A stretch of DNA of 64,000 bases from Dehalococcoidia bacterium (GTDB taxonomy: Bacteria; Chloroflexota; Dehalococcoidia; SM23-28-2; RBG-16-64-32). The stretch covers positions 13,760-77,759 of the forward strand of contig JBBDNA010000013.1 in assembly GCA_040877915.1 (NCBI GenBank). Direction: 5' to 3'. Made by a program: the position numbers and the translations under genes. The notes below the pieces were generated by a model. The model searched no databases, was not told the origin of the DNA, and saw nothing but the letters and a program-made list of their open reading frames with translations. Positions 9,561 to 20,034 of the stretch are shown piece by piece (positions within the stretch are counted from its first letter, which is position 1; each line of letters starts with the position of its first letter).

Positions 9561-10915
9561 CGCCCACCCTCGCCATCCGCGGCGGCCGCGTCGTCGACCC
9601 CGCCAACGGGATCGACGCTATCGCCGACGTCCTCCTCGTCGACGGACGAGTGGCAGCGGTAGGCGTAGGCGTCGGCAAGGAAGCCGGGGAGACACTCGAC
9701 GCGAGCGGCCTTGTCGTCTGCCCCGGCCTCGTCGACATCCACACCCACCTGCGCCAGCCCGGCTTCGAGCACAAGGAGACGATAGCCAGCGGCGCCCTCG
9801 CCGCCGCCCGCGGCGGCTTCACCACCGTCTGCGCCATGCCCAACACCCTCCCCGCCGCCGACACCGCCGCCACCATCGAGTTCGTCCTCCGCACCGCCGG
9901 GGCCGAGGGCGCCGTGCGTGTCCTCCCCATCGGCTGCGTGACGAAGGAGCGGGCGGGCAAGGAGCTGGCCGAGCTGGCCGAGCTCGCCGAGGCCGGGGCG
10001 GTCGCCTTCAGCGACGACGGCGCCCCCGTCGCCGACGCCCACATCATGCGCCGCGCCCTGGAGTACGCTTCGATGCTCGGCCTGCCGGTCATCGACCACT
10101 GCGAGGACCCGTCGCTGGCCGGCGGCGTCATGCACGAGGGCTGGGTCGCCACGCGCCTGGGCCTCGAGGGCGTCCCCGCCGCCGCCGAGGAGTCGATGGT
10201 CGCCCGCGACATCGCTCTCGCCGGGCTGACCGGCTCGCACGTCCACCTTGCACACGTCAGCACCGCCGGCAGCGTCGAGCTCGTCCGCCGAGCCAAGGCC
10301 GCCGGCCTGCCTCTCACAGCCGAAGTCACCCCCCACCACCTCACCCTCACCCACGAGGCCGTCCTCCTCGGCGCGACCGTGCTCGCCGGCAGCGGCAGCG
10401 CGTCCGGCCCGCCCGGGTACGACACCGCCGCCAAGGTCAACCCGCCCCTCCGCGGCCCCGACGACGTCGCCGCCTGCGTCGCCGGCCTGCTGGACGGGAC
10501 GATCGATTGCATCGCCACCGACCACGCCCCCCACGCCGTCGAGGACAAGCTCTGCGAGTTCGACCACGCCGCCTTCGGCATCTCCGGCCTGGAGACCGCC
10601 CTCGCCCTCTGCCTCTCGCTGACGCGAGACGGGGTAGGGGCGCCGCTTGCTGCGCCCCTGCCGCTGCCGAAGCTCATCGAAAAGCTCACGATCGCCCCCG
10701 TCCGCGCCCTGGGGCTCGACCGGCGCATCGAAGGGCTCGGCACGCTCTCCGCCGGCGCTCCCGCCGACGTCGCCCTGATCGACCCCGACGCCGAATGGAC
10801 GGTGGCACCGGAGCGCTTCGCGTCGAAGGGGCGGAACACGCCGCTGGCCGGCCGCACCCTCCGCGGCCGCGTCGTCGCGACCGTCGCGGGCGGAAAGGTG
10901 GTGTGGCAGGCGTGA
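9557..10915 (+). CDS. pyrC: Dihydroorotase
   Basis: DIHTHLR, MPNT, KVNPPLR, ATDHAPH, SKGRNTP. Confidence 0.96.
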   Translation: MTPTLAIRGGRVVDPANGIDAIADVLLVDGRVAAVGVGVGKEAGETLDASGLVVCPGLVDIHTHLRQPGFEHKETIASGALAAARGGFTTVCAMPNTLPAADTAATIEFVLRTAGAEGAVRVLPIGCVTKERAGKELAELAELAEAGAVAFSDDGAPVADAHIMRRALEYASMLGLPVIDHCEDPSLAGGVMHEGWVATRLGLEGVPAAAEESMVARDIALAGLTGSHVHLAHVSTAGSVELVRRAKAAGLPLTAEVTPHHLTLTHEAVLLGATVLAGSGSASGPPGYDTAAKVNPPLRGPDDVAACVAGLLDGTIDCIATDHAPHAVEDKLCEFDHAAFGISGLETALALCLSLTRDGVGAPLAAPLPLPKLIEKLTIAPVRALGLDRRIEGLGTLSAGAPADVALIDPDAEWTVAPERFASKGRNTPLAGRTLRGRVVATVAGGKVVWQA

Positions 10916-11373
10916 GCGACGAAGCGGTTATCGCTCTCGTGGCCGTGGCGGTGTCAGGCATCGTTGGTCTCGCCACCCTCGGGTTCCATTTCTGGAACGC
11001 ATCGAGCGAGCGGCGGCAACGGTTTTCGGAGCGCAAGGAAGACAGTCGGGAGTGGTATAAGCGAACGCTGTTTGAGCGACGATTGCAGGCGATTCAGGAA
11101 GGTAGAAGGTGGCTCACTAGGCTCTGGGCCATTTACGACCCGATTGGTGGCCGCGGGAGTGCACCGATTGGCGATGCGATGGCATGGTACGAGAACAACA
11201 TCATCTACGTGCACGGAGAGATGCCGGCTAATAGTCCGATCGGCAGATTTCTATACGGTGTGGAGGAGTCCATGGCGAACGGCGCCGGTTTCCCTGACAA
11301 CTCAGAATGGGTCGCTGCAATCGACCATCTGAATGAGAAGGCGAGAGCACTGTTCGAGGAGCTAGAGCGGTGA
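10912..11373 (+). CDS. Hypothetical lower-GC protein with N-terminal TM, inserted between pyrC and carA
   Basis: GTG overlaps the pyrC stop and TGA overlaps the carA start; codon use differs from neighbours. Confidence 0.7.
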   Translation: MSDEAVIALVAVAVSGIVGLATLGFHFWNASSERRQRFSERKEDSREWYKRTLFERRLQAIQEGRRWLTRLWAIYDPIGGRGSAPIGDAMAWYENNIIYVHGEMPANSPIGRFLYGVEESMANGAGFPDNSEWVAAIDHLNEKARALFEELER

Positions 11374-12455
11374 CCGCCCTCCTCGTCCTCGAGGACGGTT
11401 CCGCCTTCCCCGGCACGCCCCTCGGCGCCAGCGGCGCCGCCCACGGCGAGGTCGTCTTCTCCACCGCCATGACCGGCTACCAGGAGATGCTCACCGACCC
11501 CTCCTACGCCGGCCAGGTCCTCGTCCTCACCTACCCCCTCGCCGGCAACTACGGCATCAACCCCGATGACGTCGAATCGAAGCGCATCCAGGTCCGCGGC
11601 CTCGTCGTCCACCAGGCCTGCGACCTCCCCTCCCACTGGCGCTCCGACATGACCCTGCACCAGTACCTCGCCTCCCAGGACATCTCCGGCATCGCCGGCG
11701 TCGACACCCGCGCCATCACCCGCCGCCTGCGCTCCGCCGGCGTCATGATGGGCACGATCACGACCGACGAAACCGCCGCAGAGGCGCTGGCCCGGCTGCG
11801 CGCCCTCCCTCCATACGGCGAGACCGACTACGTCCGCCAGGTCACCGCCGACGCGCCCTACGATTGGCCCAACGGCGGTGACGAACCCGCGCGTCATGTC
11901 ATCGTCATGGACACCGGCCTGAAATACAACATCCTCCGCCTCCTCCGCGCGAAGGGCTGTCGTGTCACCGCCGTCCCCTGCACGACGGCTGCCGACGACA
12001 TCCTCGCTCTGAAGCCGGACGGCATCGTCTTCTCCCCCGGCCCCGGCGACCCCGCCCTCCTGGAGTACGCCGTCGACACCGTGAAGTCGCTGGTCGGCAA
12101 GACGCCCGTCCTCGGCATCTGCCTCGGCCACCAGCTCCTCGGTAGGGCCTTCGGCGCGACGACCTTCAAGCTGAAGTTCGGCCACCGCGGCGCCAACCAC
12201 CCCGTGAAGGACCTGCTCAGCGGCCGTGTCCACATCACCGCCCAGAACCACGGCTACGCCCTGGACGCCGACGGCCTGCGCGGCGGCCTGGAGGTCTCCC
12301 AGACCCACCTCAACGACGGCACCGTCGAAGGCCTCCACCACCGCTCCGAGCCCCTGCTCTCCATCCAGTACCACTCGGAGGCCTCGCCCGGCCCCCTGGA
12401 CAACGTCTACGTCTTCGACCGCTTCGTCGAGATGATCGAGGAGGTTGCCCGATGA
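11370..12455 (+). CDS. carA: Carbamoyl-phosphate synthase small subunit
   Basis: GYQEMLTDPSY, SPGPGDP, GICLGHQ, QYHSEASPGP. Confidence 0.97.
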   Translation: MTALLVLEDGSAFPGTPLGASGAAHGEVVFSTAMTGYQEMLTDPSYAGQVLVLTYPLAGNYGINPDDVESKRIQVRGLVVHQACDLPSHWRSDMTLHQYLASQDISGIAGVDTRAITRRLRSAGVMMGTITTDETAAEALARLRALPPYGETDYVRQVTADAPYDWPNGGDEPARHVIVMDTGLKYNILRLLRAKGCRVTAVPCTTAADDILALKPDGIVFSPGPGDPALLEYAVDTVKSLVGKTPVLGICLGHQLLGRAFGATTFKLKFGHRGANHPVKDLLSGRVHITAQNHGYALDADGLRGGLEVSQTHLNDGTVEGLHHRSEPLLSIQYHSEASPGPLDNVYVFDRFVEMIEEVAR

Positions 12456-12904
12456 CCGAACCCACCTACCGGCAGGCCACGCCCGACGACGCGGAGGCGA
12501 TCGCCGCCGTCGGCTCGACGATCCTCGAAGAGCTGGGCGAGGGCAGCGGGCTCCCCGGCCCGCCGACGGCCGAGAACATCGCCGAGCGCCTCGCCGGCTA
12601 CGGCGACCGCGGCGCCATGTTCGTCTGCCAGTCCGGCGGCGAGGTCTGCGGTTTCGCGGCGCTGGAGCCCGAACCCGAGGAAGGCGCCGCCGTCATGGGC
12701 GTCTGGCTCCTCCCCTCGGCGCGACGCCACGGCGTCGGCCGCGAGCTCGCCCTCATGGCGCTGGAGTTCGCCCGCAACGCCGGCTGCCGCAAGGTCCGCG
12801 GCACCCTGCCCCAGGGCAACGAGGCTGCGCTCTCGTTCTTCAGCGAGATCGGCGCCCTGGCCCAGGTCGTCGGCGGCGGCATGCAGTACGAGCTGCCCCT
12901 GTGA
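12452..12904 (+). CDS. GNAT family N-acetyltransferase
   Basis: PSARRHGVGREL acetyl-CoA motif, NEAALSFF. Confidence 0.85.
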   Translation: MTEPTYRQATPDDAEAIAAVGSTILEELGEGSGLPGPPTAENIAERLAGYGDRGAMFVCQSGGEVCGFAALEPEPEEGAAVMGVWLLPSARRHGVGRELALMALEFARNAGCRKVRGTLPQGNEAALSFFSEIGALAQVVGGGMQYELPL

Positions 12905-13326
12905 GCGGCCCATCGACGGGCTCAGGGCAGGCAGGCTCGGGGCCGAGCGGGCTCCGCGTCACCTGGGCCTGGCTCTGGACGTTCCTCGCCGGCTGTCTGC
13001 TGGCCAGCGGCGCCATCGTCGTCGCCGTCATCGCCCTCAGCGGCCGCAGCGGCGGCGAGGTGGCGCTGGCCGTGCTGCTCATCGGCTTCCCGGCACTGCT
13101 CGGCGCCTTCGCCCTCGGCACGATAGCCCTGGTGATGGCGCGACCGACCGGCAAGGGCTGGCGCGCCCTGCGCCGCTGGTCGCTGGCCCTGCTGGGCAGC
13201 GTGGCCCTGATTATCGGCATCGTCACCCTGGGCGAGGGCGCCCGCGGCGCCATCCCCCTCATCGTCGCCGGCCTCACCGCGCTCGCCTTCCTGGCGTTGG
13301 ACCTGCGCCGGGGGAGGGGAGAGTGA
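12901..13326 (+). CDS. Hypothetical membrane protein (about 4 TM)
   Basis: GTG overlapping the GNAT stop; hydrophobic segments. Confidence 0.7.
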   Translation: MSGPSTGSGQAGSGPSGLRVTWAWLWTFLAGCLLASGAIVVAVIALSGRSGGEVALAVLLIGFPALLGAFALGTIALVMARPTGKGWRALRRWSLALLGSVALIIGIVTLGEGARGAIPLIVAGLTALAFLALDLRRGRGE

Positions 13327-13339
13327 GGGGGCTACTGGT

Positions 13340-13999
13340 ATGAGTGTCAGCAAGGTGCTCCGTTTTGAGGTTCTTCGCAGGGACAGGCTCACTTGCCGTT
13401 ATTGCGGTCGCACATCAGCGGAAGCCAAGCTGCACGTCGACCATCTCCACCCGACGGCATTGGGCGGCAAGGACACCTTGGACAACCTGGTGACCGCGTG
13501 TGAGGACTGCAACATCGGAAAGGCTGGCCGACTGGATGTGGCCATTCGGGGCCTTATTCAGAAGCCGCTGCCAAAGCCCGACGACGATCCGGACAGACCA
13601 GTATTGGCACACTTTGATATGCCGCCGCTGGATCTCCGGGAGCAGCTTGAGAACTTCTTCAAGCATGACTCATTATGGGTCAGCGATGGAGTAGGCCGAA
13701 AGATGTTCCTGTCGGAGCTGGGCGCTAGCGACGGGCAAATTCGGGGGGAGCCGTGGCAGGAAGATCGAGTCAACCAGCAGGAAGATTGGTTTAGGGATAT
13801 CCTTCGCCAGATTCCCGTCGATGAGAGGTGGGTGGTCGAGCGGCGAACCGGCTTGTGGACCGGAAGGTTCTACGCGCAACAATTCGCGGAGATTGGCGCT
13901 GAGCTGGGCGAGAGCGCCAATCACTCGAGAGAGTTGTATGAGCGTGGAATACTGAGACTGCGCAGACTGATCGGCTTGGAGGAATCACAGCCGTCGTGA
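13340..13999 (+). CDS. HNH endonuclease fused to a C-terminal sigma70 region-4-like HTH
   Basis: RFEVLRRDRLTCRYCG...LHVDH...GG...NLVTACEDCNIGK; C-terminal ERWVVERRTGL...FAEIGAELGESANHSRELYERGILRLRR; lower GC. Confidence 0.8.
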   Translation: MSVSKVLRFEVLRRDRLTCRYCGRTSAEAKLHVDHLHPTALGGKDTLDNLVTACEDCNIGKAGRLDVAIRGLIQKPLPKPDDDPDRPVLAHFDMPPLDLREQLENFFKHDSLWVSDGVGRKMFLSELGASDGQIRGEPWQEDRVNQQEDWFRDILRQIPVDERWVVERRTGLWTGRFYAQQFAEIGAELGESANHSRELYERGILRLRRLIGLEESQPS

Positions 14000-14061
14000 C
14001 CCCTCCCCCGCAGCGCGCCCTCACCCCGGGCTCCGGCCCCATCGTCATCGGCCAAGCCGCG
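13996..14061 (+). pseudogene. Degenerate duplicate of the carB 5' end
   Basis: Encodes MTPPPQR...[11 protein letters not shown], versus carB MTTPPQR...[11 protein letters not shown] at 14791. Confidence 0.8.
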
Positions 14062-14067
14062 TCAGCC

Positions 14068-14412
14068 CTACTCGCTGTCCCCCTCGTACACGACGCGGCC
14101 CGTGCGGATGATCTCGCGCAGGAAGGAGTGACGGCCGGGGTTATGGTACTCGCTGGACGGATAGCCGATGGGCGCGATGCGGGGGTCCGTCCCGCGGCTC
14201 AGGACGGCGAGGGTTTCCTGGCGACTGGGCATGGAAACTCCTTCGAAGTCTGGCGAAACGACCGCGACGTCGAAATCGCTCCACTCCCACGGCAGGCCCT
14301 TCACGTACGAACCGTACAAGACGATTGCTTCGACCCGGATGCCCTTGGTGAGGGCTGCGGCGAACTCTGCTATGGAGTGAGTTATCTCATCGTTTGTCGC
14401 AACTGCCCGCAT
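14068..14412 (-). CDS. Minimal nucleotidyltransferase (MNT) domain protein
   Basis: VLYGSYVKG...SDFDVAVVS (GS-x10-DxD). Confidence 0.88.
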   Translation of the reverse strand: MRAVATNDEITHSIAEFAAALTKGIRVEAIVLYGSYVKGLPWEWSDFDVAVVSPDFEGVSMPSRQETLAVLSRGTDPRIAPIGYPSSEYHNPGRHSFLREIIRTGRVVYEGDSE

Positions 14413-14750
14413 AAGCCCAATGACCTCTCGTAATATTGTAGCGCCATCGCCCGATCGTAAGTATCCCTTCCTGCGTATCGGCTTGCTATCGCCTGATTTG
14501 AAAGGCTTCGTAGGAAGTCCTCCCAGTCCGCGCTTAACAATCCAAGTTCCTGCGCAAGATCGACCAAATTGTGAGTGTATGGAGGCGGATCCTTATGGCC
14601 GCGCTCCACCCAGACGGCCTTTAGCATCTTCTCGACAGCCTGCTGGCTGTGAAACACGCAGGGCGCGTACAGGTCGCGTTCCAGGGTGGCTTGCGCCGTC
14701 TGCAAGTCTACGTCGCTCATATCAACCCATTCCCGCGTTTCCGGCTTCAT
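14382..14750 (-). CDS. HEPN domain protein (HEPN/MNT toxin-antitoxin-like pair)
   Basis: FHSQQAVEKMLKA, THNL, SRY motifs; adjacent to MNT; own promoter TTGACC-18-TAGGAT. Confidence 0.88.
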   Translation of the reverse strand: MKPETREWVDMSDVDLQTAQATLERDLYAPCVFHSQQAVEKMLKAVWVERGHKDPPPYTHNLVDLAQELGLLSADWEDFLRSLSNQAIASRYAGRDTYDRAMALQYYERSLGLCGQLRQTMR

Positions 14751-14790
14751 GGCGGCATCCTAGCCCAGCCCTCACGGGGCGGTCAATCGC

Positions 14791-17700
14791 ATGACCACTC
14801 CCCCCCAGCGCCCGGCCGGGCGCCCGCCTGGGCGCGTCCTTATCATCGGCTCCGGGCCCATCGTCATCGGCCAGGCCGCCGAGTTCGACTACTCCGGCTC
14901 CCAGGCCTGCCGCGCCCTCCGCGAAGAGGGCGTCCACACCGTCCTCGTCAACTCCAACCCCGCCACCATCATGACCGACGAGGGCACCGCCGACACCGTC
15001 TACGTCGAGCCCCTCTCCGTACCCGTCATCGCCCGAATCATCGAGCGCGAGCGCCCGGACGGTCTCCTCCCCACCCTCGGCGGCCAGACCGGCCTCAACC
15101 TCGCCGTCGCCCTCGCCGACGCCGGCGTCCTAGACCAGTACGCCGTCCGCGTCCTCGGCACGCCGATCGACACGATCCGCCGCGCCGAGGACCGAGACCT
15201 CTTCCGACAGCTCCTCCAGCAGATCGACGAGCCCCTGCCCGAGAGCGTCGCCGTCACTACCCTCGAGGGGGCGAAAGAGTTCGCCGCCGCCAACGGCCTC
15301 CCCCTCGTCGTCCGCCCCGCCTACACCCTCGGCGGCACCGGCGGCGGCATCGCCCGCACCGCCGCTGAGCTCGACCGCATCGTCCGCGCCGGCATCGCCG
15401 CCTCCCCCATCGGCCAGGTCCTGGTCGAGCGCTCCCTCCTCGGCTGGAAGGAGATCGAGTACGAGGTCATGCGGGACTCCGCCGACAACTGCATCACCGT
15501 ATGCAACATGGAGAACCTGGACCCCATGGGCGTCCACACCGGCGATAGCATCGTCGTCGCCCCCAGCCAGACGCTGAGCGACAAGGAGTACCAGATGCTC
15601 CGCTCCGCCTCGCTCAAGATCATCCGCGCCCTCGGCATCGAGGGCGGCTGCAACATCCAGTTCGCCCTCGCCCCCCGCAAGGAGATCGCCGACTGGGCGC
15701 TCCGCCCCGACGGCCGCCCGCCCTACTACGTCATCGAGGTCAACCCCCGCGTCTCCCGCAGCTCGGCCCTCGCCTCCAAGGCCACCGGCTACCCCATCGC
15801 CCGCGTCGCCGCCAAGATCGCCGCCGGCAAGCGCCTGGACGAGATCGCCAATCGCGTCACTGGCCAGACCACCGCCGCCTTCGAGCCCGCCCTCGACTAC
15901 TGCGTCGTCAAGATCCCCCGCTGGCCCTTCGACAAGTTCCCCCTGGGCGACCGCACCCTGGGCACACAGATGAAGGCCACCGGCGAGGTCATGGCCATCG
16001 ACCGCACCTTCGAGGCCGCGCTCGGCAAGGCCATTCGCTCCCTCGAGGTCGGCGGACGCTCCCTCCTCTGGGAGGACCCCGCCTGGCGCGATGTTGACCC
16101 CGCCTCCCGTCTCTCCGAACCCACCGACGAGCGCCTGTGGGCCCTCCTCGCCGCCCTCCGCCGCGGCCACACCCCGGACGAAGTCGCGAAGGAGTCCGCC
16201 GTCGACCCCTGGTTCCTCCACAAGCTCAACGGCATGGTCGCCATGGAGCAGCGCCTCCTCGCCGAGCCCCTCACCCCCCAGCTCCTGCGCGAGGCCAAGC
16301 GCCTCGGCTTCTCCGACGCCGTCATCGCCACCCTGGCCGACCGCCTCCCCGAGCAGGTCCGAGCCCTCCGCCAGGAGTGGGACGTCCGCCCCGTCTACAA
16401 GACCGTCGACACCTGCGCCGCTGAGTTCGAGGCCGAGACCCCCTACTTCTACTCGACGTACGACCAGGAGAACGAGGCCCCCGCCCTTCCCGGCGACAAG
16501 GCCCTGGTCATCGGCTCCGGCCCCATCCGCATCGCCCAGGGAATCGAGTTCGACTACTGCTCCGTTCATGCCGCCTGGGCCCTTCAGGAGGCCGGCCTTA
16601 AGGCGATCATGGCCAACTCCAACCCCGAGACCGTCTCCACCGACTTCGACACCAGCGACCGCCTCTACTTCGAGCCCCTGGACGAGGAGGCCGTCCGCGA
16701 CCTCCTGGACAACGAGACGCTGAACGGCGCCGGCCCCCCCTCCATCGTCCAGTTCGGCGGCCAGACCGCCATCAACCTGGCCACCCCCCTGCATCGCGCC
16801 AACCAGCCCATCCTCGGCTCCAGCGCCGAGGCTATCGACATCGCCGAAGACCGCGCCCGCTTCGAGGACCTGATGGGCCGGCTGGGCATCCCCCAGCCCC
16901 CGGGCGCCGCCGTCACCAACGTCGAAGACGCCCTCTCCACCGCCCAGCTCATCGGCTACCCCGTCCTCGTCCGCCCCAGCTACGTCCTCGGCGGCCGCGC
17001 CATGGAGATCGTCCAGAACGCCACCGACCTCATACGTTATGTCACCGAAGCCGTGGCCATCGGCCAGGGCAAGCCCGTCCTCATCGACAAGTACCTCGAG
17101 GGCAAGGAGGCCGAGGTCGACGCGGTCTGCGACGGCGAGGACAGCCTCATCCCCGGCGTCATGGAGCACATCGAGCGCGCCGGCGTCCACTCCGGCGACT
17201 CCATGGCTGTCTACCCCGCCCTCGGCCTCACCATGGACGAGGTCAACACCATCGTCGACTACACCCAGCGCATCGGCGCCGCCCTCAAGGTCCGCGGCCT
17301 GATGAACGTCCAGTACGTGATCATGCGCTCCTCCGGCGATGACGGCGACAGGTCCACCGTCTACGTCCTCGAGGTCAACCCCCGTGCCAGCCGCACCATA
17401 CCCTTCATCTCCAAGGTCACCGGCGTCCCCATGGTCCGCCTCGCCGTCCAGGTGATGCTCGGCAAGACCCTCGGCGACCTCGGCCGCGAGCCCGGCCTCT
17501 GGCCCAAGCGACGCCTCGTCGCCGTCAAGGCCCCTGTCTTCTCCATGTCCAAGCTCATCGGCGTCGACACCTACCTCGGCCCCGAGATGAAGTCCACCGG
17601 CGAGGTCATGGGCATCGACTACACCTTCGAGTCCGCCCTCGCCAAGGCCCTCCAGGCCTCCGACCTCGCCCTTCCCGGCCGCGGCGCCATCCTCCTCTCC

Positions 17701-18087
17701 CTCGCCGATCGCACCAAGCCCGAGGCCCTCCCCGTCGTCCGCAGCCTGGCCGACGTCGGCTACCGCATGTACGCCACCGAGGGCACCGCCGCCATGCTCG
17801 CCGCCATCGGCCTCCCCGTCGAGCAGGTCCCCAAGCGCCTCGACGAGGGCCACCCCAACGTCGTCGACGTCATCCGCGAGGGGCTCGTCGACGTCGTCAT
17901 CAACACGCCGGAGGGCGAGCGCGCCGCCACCCTGCGCGACGGCTACCAGATCCGCCGTGCCGCCGCCGAGCGCCGCATCCCCTGCTTCACCTCTATCGAT
18001 ACTGCCGCCGCCGCTGTCTCCGCCCTCGCCGGCGGCGACCGCCACTTCACAGTCCAGCCGCTACGTGACTACCTCGACCGCTCCTAG
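14791..18087 (+). CDS. carB: Carbamoyl-phosphate synthase large subunit
   Basis: [19 protein letters not shown], duplicated ATP-grasp halves, MGS domain; 1098 aa. Confidence 0.98.
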   Translation: MTTPPQRPAGRPPGRVLIIGSGPIVIGQAAEFDYSGSQACRALREEGVHTVLVNSNPATIMTDEGTADTVYVEPLSVPVIARIIERERPDGLLPTLGGQTGLNLAVALADAGVLDQYAVRVLGTPIDTIRRAEDRDLFRQLLQQIDEPLPESVAVTTLEGAKEFAAANGLPLVVRPAYTLGGTGGGIARTAAELDRIVRAGIAASPIGQVLVERSLLGWKEIEYEVMRDSADNCITVCNMENLDPMGVHTGDSIVVAPSQTLSDKEYQMLRSASLKIIRALGIEGGCNIQFALAPRKEIADWALRPDGRPPYYVIEVNPRVSRSSALASKATGYPIARVAAKIAAGKRLDEIANRVTGQTTAAFEPALDYCVVKIPRWPFDKFPLGDRTLGTQMKATGEVMAIDRTFEAALGKAIRSLEVGGRSLLWEDPAWRDVDPASRLSEPTDERLWALLAALRRGHTPDEVAKESAVDPWFLHKLNGMVAMEQRLLAEPLTPQLLREAKRLGFSDAVIATLADRLPEQVRALRQEWDVRPVYKTVDTCAAEFEAETPYFYSTYDQENEAPALPGDKALVIGSGPIRIAQGIEFDYCSVHAAWALQEAGLKAIMANSNPETVSTDFDTSDRLYFEPLDEEAVRDLLDNETLNGAGPPSIVQFGGQTAINLATPLHRANQPILGSSAEAIDIAEDRARFEDLMGRLGIPQPPGAAVTNVEDALSTAQLIGYPVLVRPSYVLGGRAMEIVQNATDLIRYVTEAVAIGQGKPVLIDKYLEGKEAEVDAVCDGEDSLIPGVMEHIERAGVHSGDSMAVYPALGLTMDEVNTIVDYTQRIGAALKVRGLMNVQYVIMRSSGDDGDRSTVYVLEVNPRASRTIPFISKVTGVPMVRLAVQVMLGKTLGDLGREPGLWPKRRLVAVKAPVFSMSKLIGVDTYLGPEMKSTGEVMGIDYTFESALAKALQASDLALPGRGAILLSLADRTKPEALPVVRSLADVGYRMYATEGTAAMLAAIGLPVEQVPKRLDEGHPNVVDVIREGLVDVVINTPEGERAATLRDGYQIRRAAAERRIPCFTSIDTAAAAVSALAGGDRHFTVQPLRDYLDRS

Positions 18088-19222
18088 CGACGCCCCCGCC
18101 CCCGGCCGCCTCGCCGAGGTCGTCCGGCTGTTCGCCAAGCTCGGCGTCATCGGCTTCGGCGGTCCCACCGCCCACATCGCCCTCATGGAGGAGGAGACCG
18201 TCCGCCGCCGCCGCTGGCTCGATCACCAGCACTTCCTGGACTCCCTCGCCGTCACCAACATGCTGCCCGGCCCCAACTCCACCGAGATGGCCATCCACAC
18301 CGGCTACCTCCGCGCCGGCCTCCCCGGCGCCCTCCTGAGCGGCCTCGTCTTCATCCTCCCCGCCTTCGCCCTCATGCTCGCCCTCAGCTGGGCCTACTTC
18401 GAGCACGGCGCCTCCCTCCGCGTCGACTCGATCTTCTACGGCGTCAAGCCTGTCGTCATCGCCGTCATCGCTGCCACCGTCTGGCGCACCGGCCGTGCCG
18501 CCGTCACCGACTGGCGACTCGCTGTCGCCTTCGCCGTCGGCCTCGCCTTCACCCTCGCCCTGCCTTCCTGGGAGGCCCTCGTCCTCCTCACCGTCGGCCT
18601 CGCCGGCGTCCTCGTCTACGCCGGCCCGCCCGTCTTCCGCTCCCTGCCCGCGATCGCCGTCCTCGCCGCCGCCCCGCCCCTCCTCGCCTGGCAGGGCGAT
18701 ACGCTGGTCGACCTGACCCTCCTCTTCCTCCGCACCGGCGGCCTCCTGTTCGGCGGCGGCTTCGTCATGATCCCCCTCATCGAGCACGACGTCGTCGAGC
18801 GATTCGGCTGGCTCACCCGCGAGCAGTTCCTGGACGGCGTCGCCCTGGGCCAGTCTACCCCAGGCCCGATCGTCATCACCGCGACTTTCGTCGGCTACGC
18901 CGCCGCCGGCCTCCCGGGCGCCGTCGTCGCCACCGTTGCGATTTTCCTCCCCTCCTTTGTCTTCGCCACCGCCAGCGCCCGCTTCGTCCAGACCGTCCGT
19001 CAGTGGGAGTGGGCGCGCGCCTTCCTGAAAGCCGTCGCCGCCGCCGTCGTCGGCGCCATCCTCGCCGCCGGTATCGTCCTCGCCCGCACCGCCCTCACCG
19101 ACGCCCTTACCGTTGCCGTCCTCGTCGTCGCCCTGATCGCCCTCGTCCGCTTCCGCGTCGATGTCACCTACCTGCTGGTCGGCGGTGGCCTCCTCGGCTT
19201 CGTCGTTAAGGAGGCGCTATAG
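18065..19222 (+). CDS. chrA: Chromate efflux transporter (CHR family)
   Basis: [29 protein letters not shown]. Confidence 0.9.
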   Translation: MTTSTAPSDAPAPGRLAEVVRLFAKLGVIGFGGPTAHIALMEEETVRRRRWLDHQHFLDSLAVTNMLPGPNSTEMAIHTGYLRAGLPGALLSGLVFILPAFALMLALSWAYFEHGASLRVDSIFYGVKPVVIAVIAATVWRTGRAAVTDWRLAVAFAVGLAFTLALPSWEALVLLTVGLAGVLVYAGPPVFRSLPAIAVLAAAPPLLAWQGDTLVDLTLLFLRTGGLLFGGGFVMIPLIEHDVVERFGWLTREQFLDGVALGQSTPGPIVITATFVGYAAAGLPGAVVATVAIFLPSFVFATASARFVQTVRQWEWARAFLKAVAAAVVGAILAAGIVLARTALTDALTVAVLVVALIALVRFRVDVTYLLVGGGLLGFVVKEAL

Positions 19223-20022
19223 TGCAGCTCGAGTCCGCCCGAGTCGTCTCTCAGGAGCTCGTCTACGAGGACACCTTCCTCATGTGGCTGGACTGCCCGG
19301 AGGTGGCGAAAGGCGCCGCGCCCGGCCGCTTCCTCATGATCCACTGCGCCGACGGCTACGACCCCCTCCTGCCACGTCCCATGAGCTTCCACCGCTTCCG
19401 CCCGGACGGGCGGGCGTCTGCCCGCGACTCTGGAGGCCGCCAGTTCGCCATCCTCTACGACGTTCGTGGCCGCGGCACCGCCTGGCTCTCCGAACGCCAG
19501 GCTGGCGACTCCCTCACCGTCTTCGGTCCTCTGGGGCGCGGCTTCCAGGTCGACGCCGGCGCCCACAACCTTCTGCTTGTCGCCGGCGGCCTCGGCGTCG
19601 CCGCCCTCGTCTCCCTCGCCGAAGACGCTCTCGCCCGCCCCCACGGAGCTGCCGTCACCCTCCTCCAGGGCGCCCGTCGCGCCTCCAAACTCTTCCCCGT
19701 CGACCGGCTCCCCGGCGACGTCGAGGTCCTCTCCGCCACCGACGACGGCTCCGTCGGCCACCATGGCCAGGTCACCGAGCTTCTCGCCGATCACCTCGCC
19801 TGGGCCGACCAGGTCTTCGCCTGCGGACCGAACCCCATGTTCCGCTCCATGGCCGCTGTCCTCCGAAGCGCCCGCACCCGCAAGCCCGTCCAGGCGCTGC
19901 TGGAAGAGCGCATGGGCTGCGGCACCGGCGTCTGCTACGGCTGCGCCGTGTTCGCCCGCCGCGGCGTCAAGCTCGTCTGCCGCGACGGCCCCCGCTTCGA
20001 GCTGAGGGACGTATTTCGCTAG
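19222..20022 (+). CDS. pyrK: Dihydroorotate dehydrogenase electron transfer subunit
   Basis: RPMS, GPLGRGF, AGGLG, ACGP, MGCGTGVCYGC...VCRDGP. Confidence 0.93.
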   Translation: MQLESARVVSQELVYEDTFLMWLDCPEVAKGAAPGRFLMIHCADGYDPLLPRPMSFHRFRPDGRASARDSGGRQFAILYDVRGRGTAWLSERQAGDSLTVFGPLGRGFQVDAGAHNLLLVAGGLGVAALVSLAEDALARPHGAAVTLLQGARRASKLFPVDRLPGDVEVLSATDDGSVGHHGQVTELLADHLAWADQVFACGPNPMFRSMAAVLRSARTRKPVQALLEERMGCGTGVCYGCAVFARRGVKLVCRDGPRFELRDVFR

Positions 20023-20034
20023 CCCGAAGCTGCC

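Noticed and set aside
13996-14433. 145-aa plus-strand ORF as a real gene
   Set aside because: It is the carB start remnant reading on into the antisense strand of the MNT gene.
15130-18045. 971-aa minus-strand ORF and similar long antisense ORFs (e.g. 3444-5057, 9415-10857, 50161-51678)
   Set aside because: Shadow frames of real high-GC genes with no recognisable motifs.
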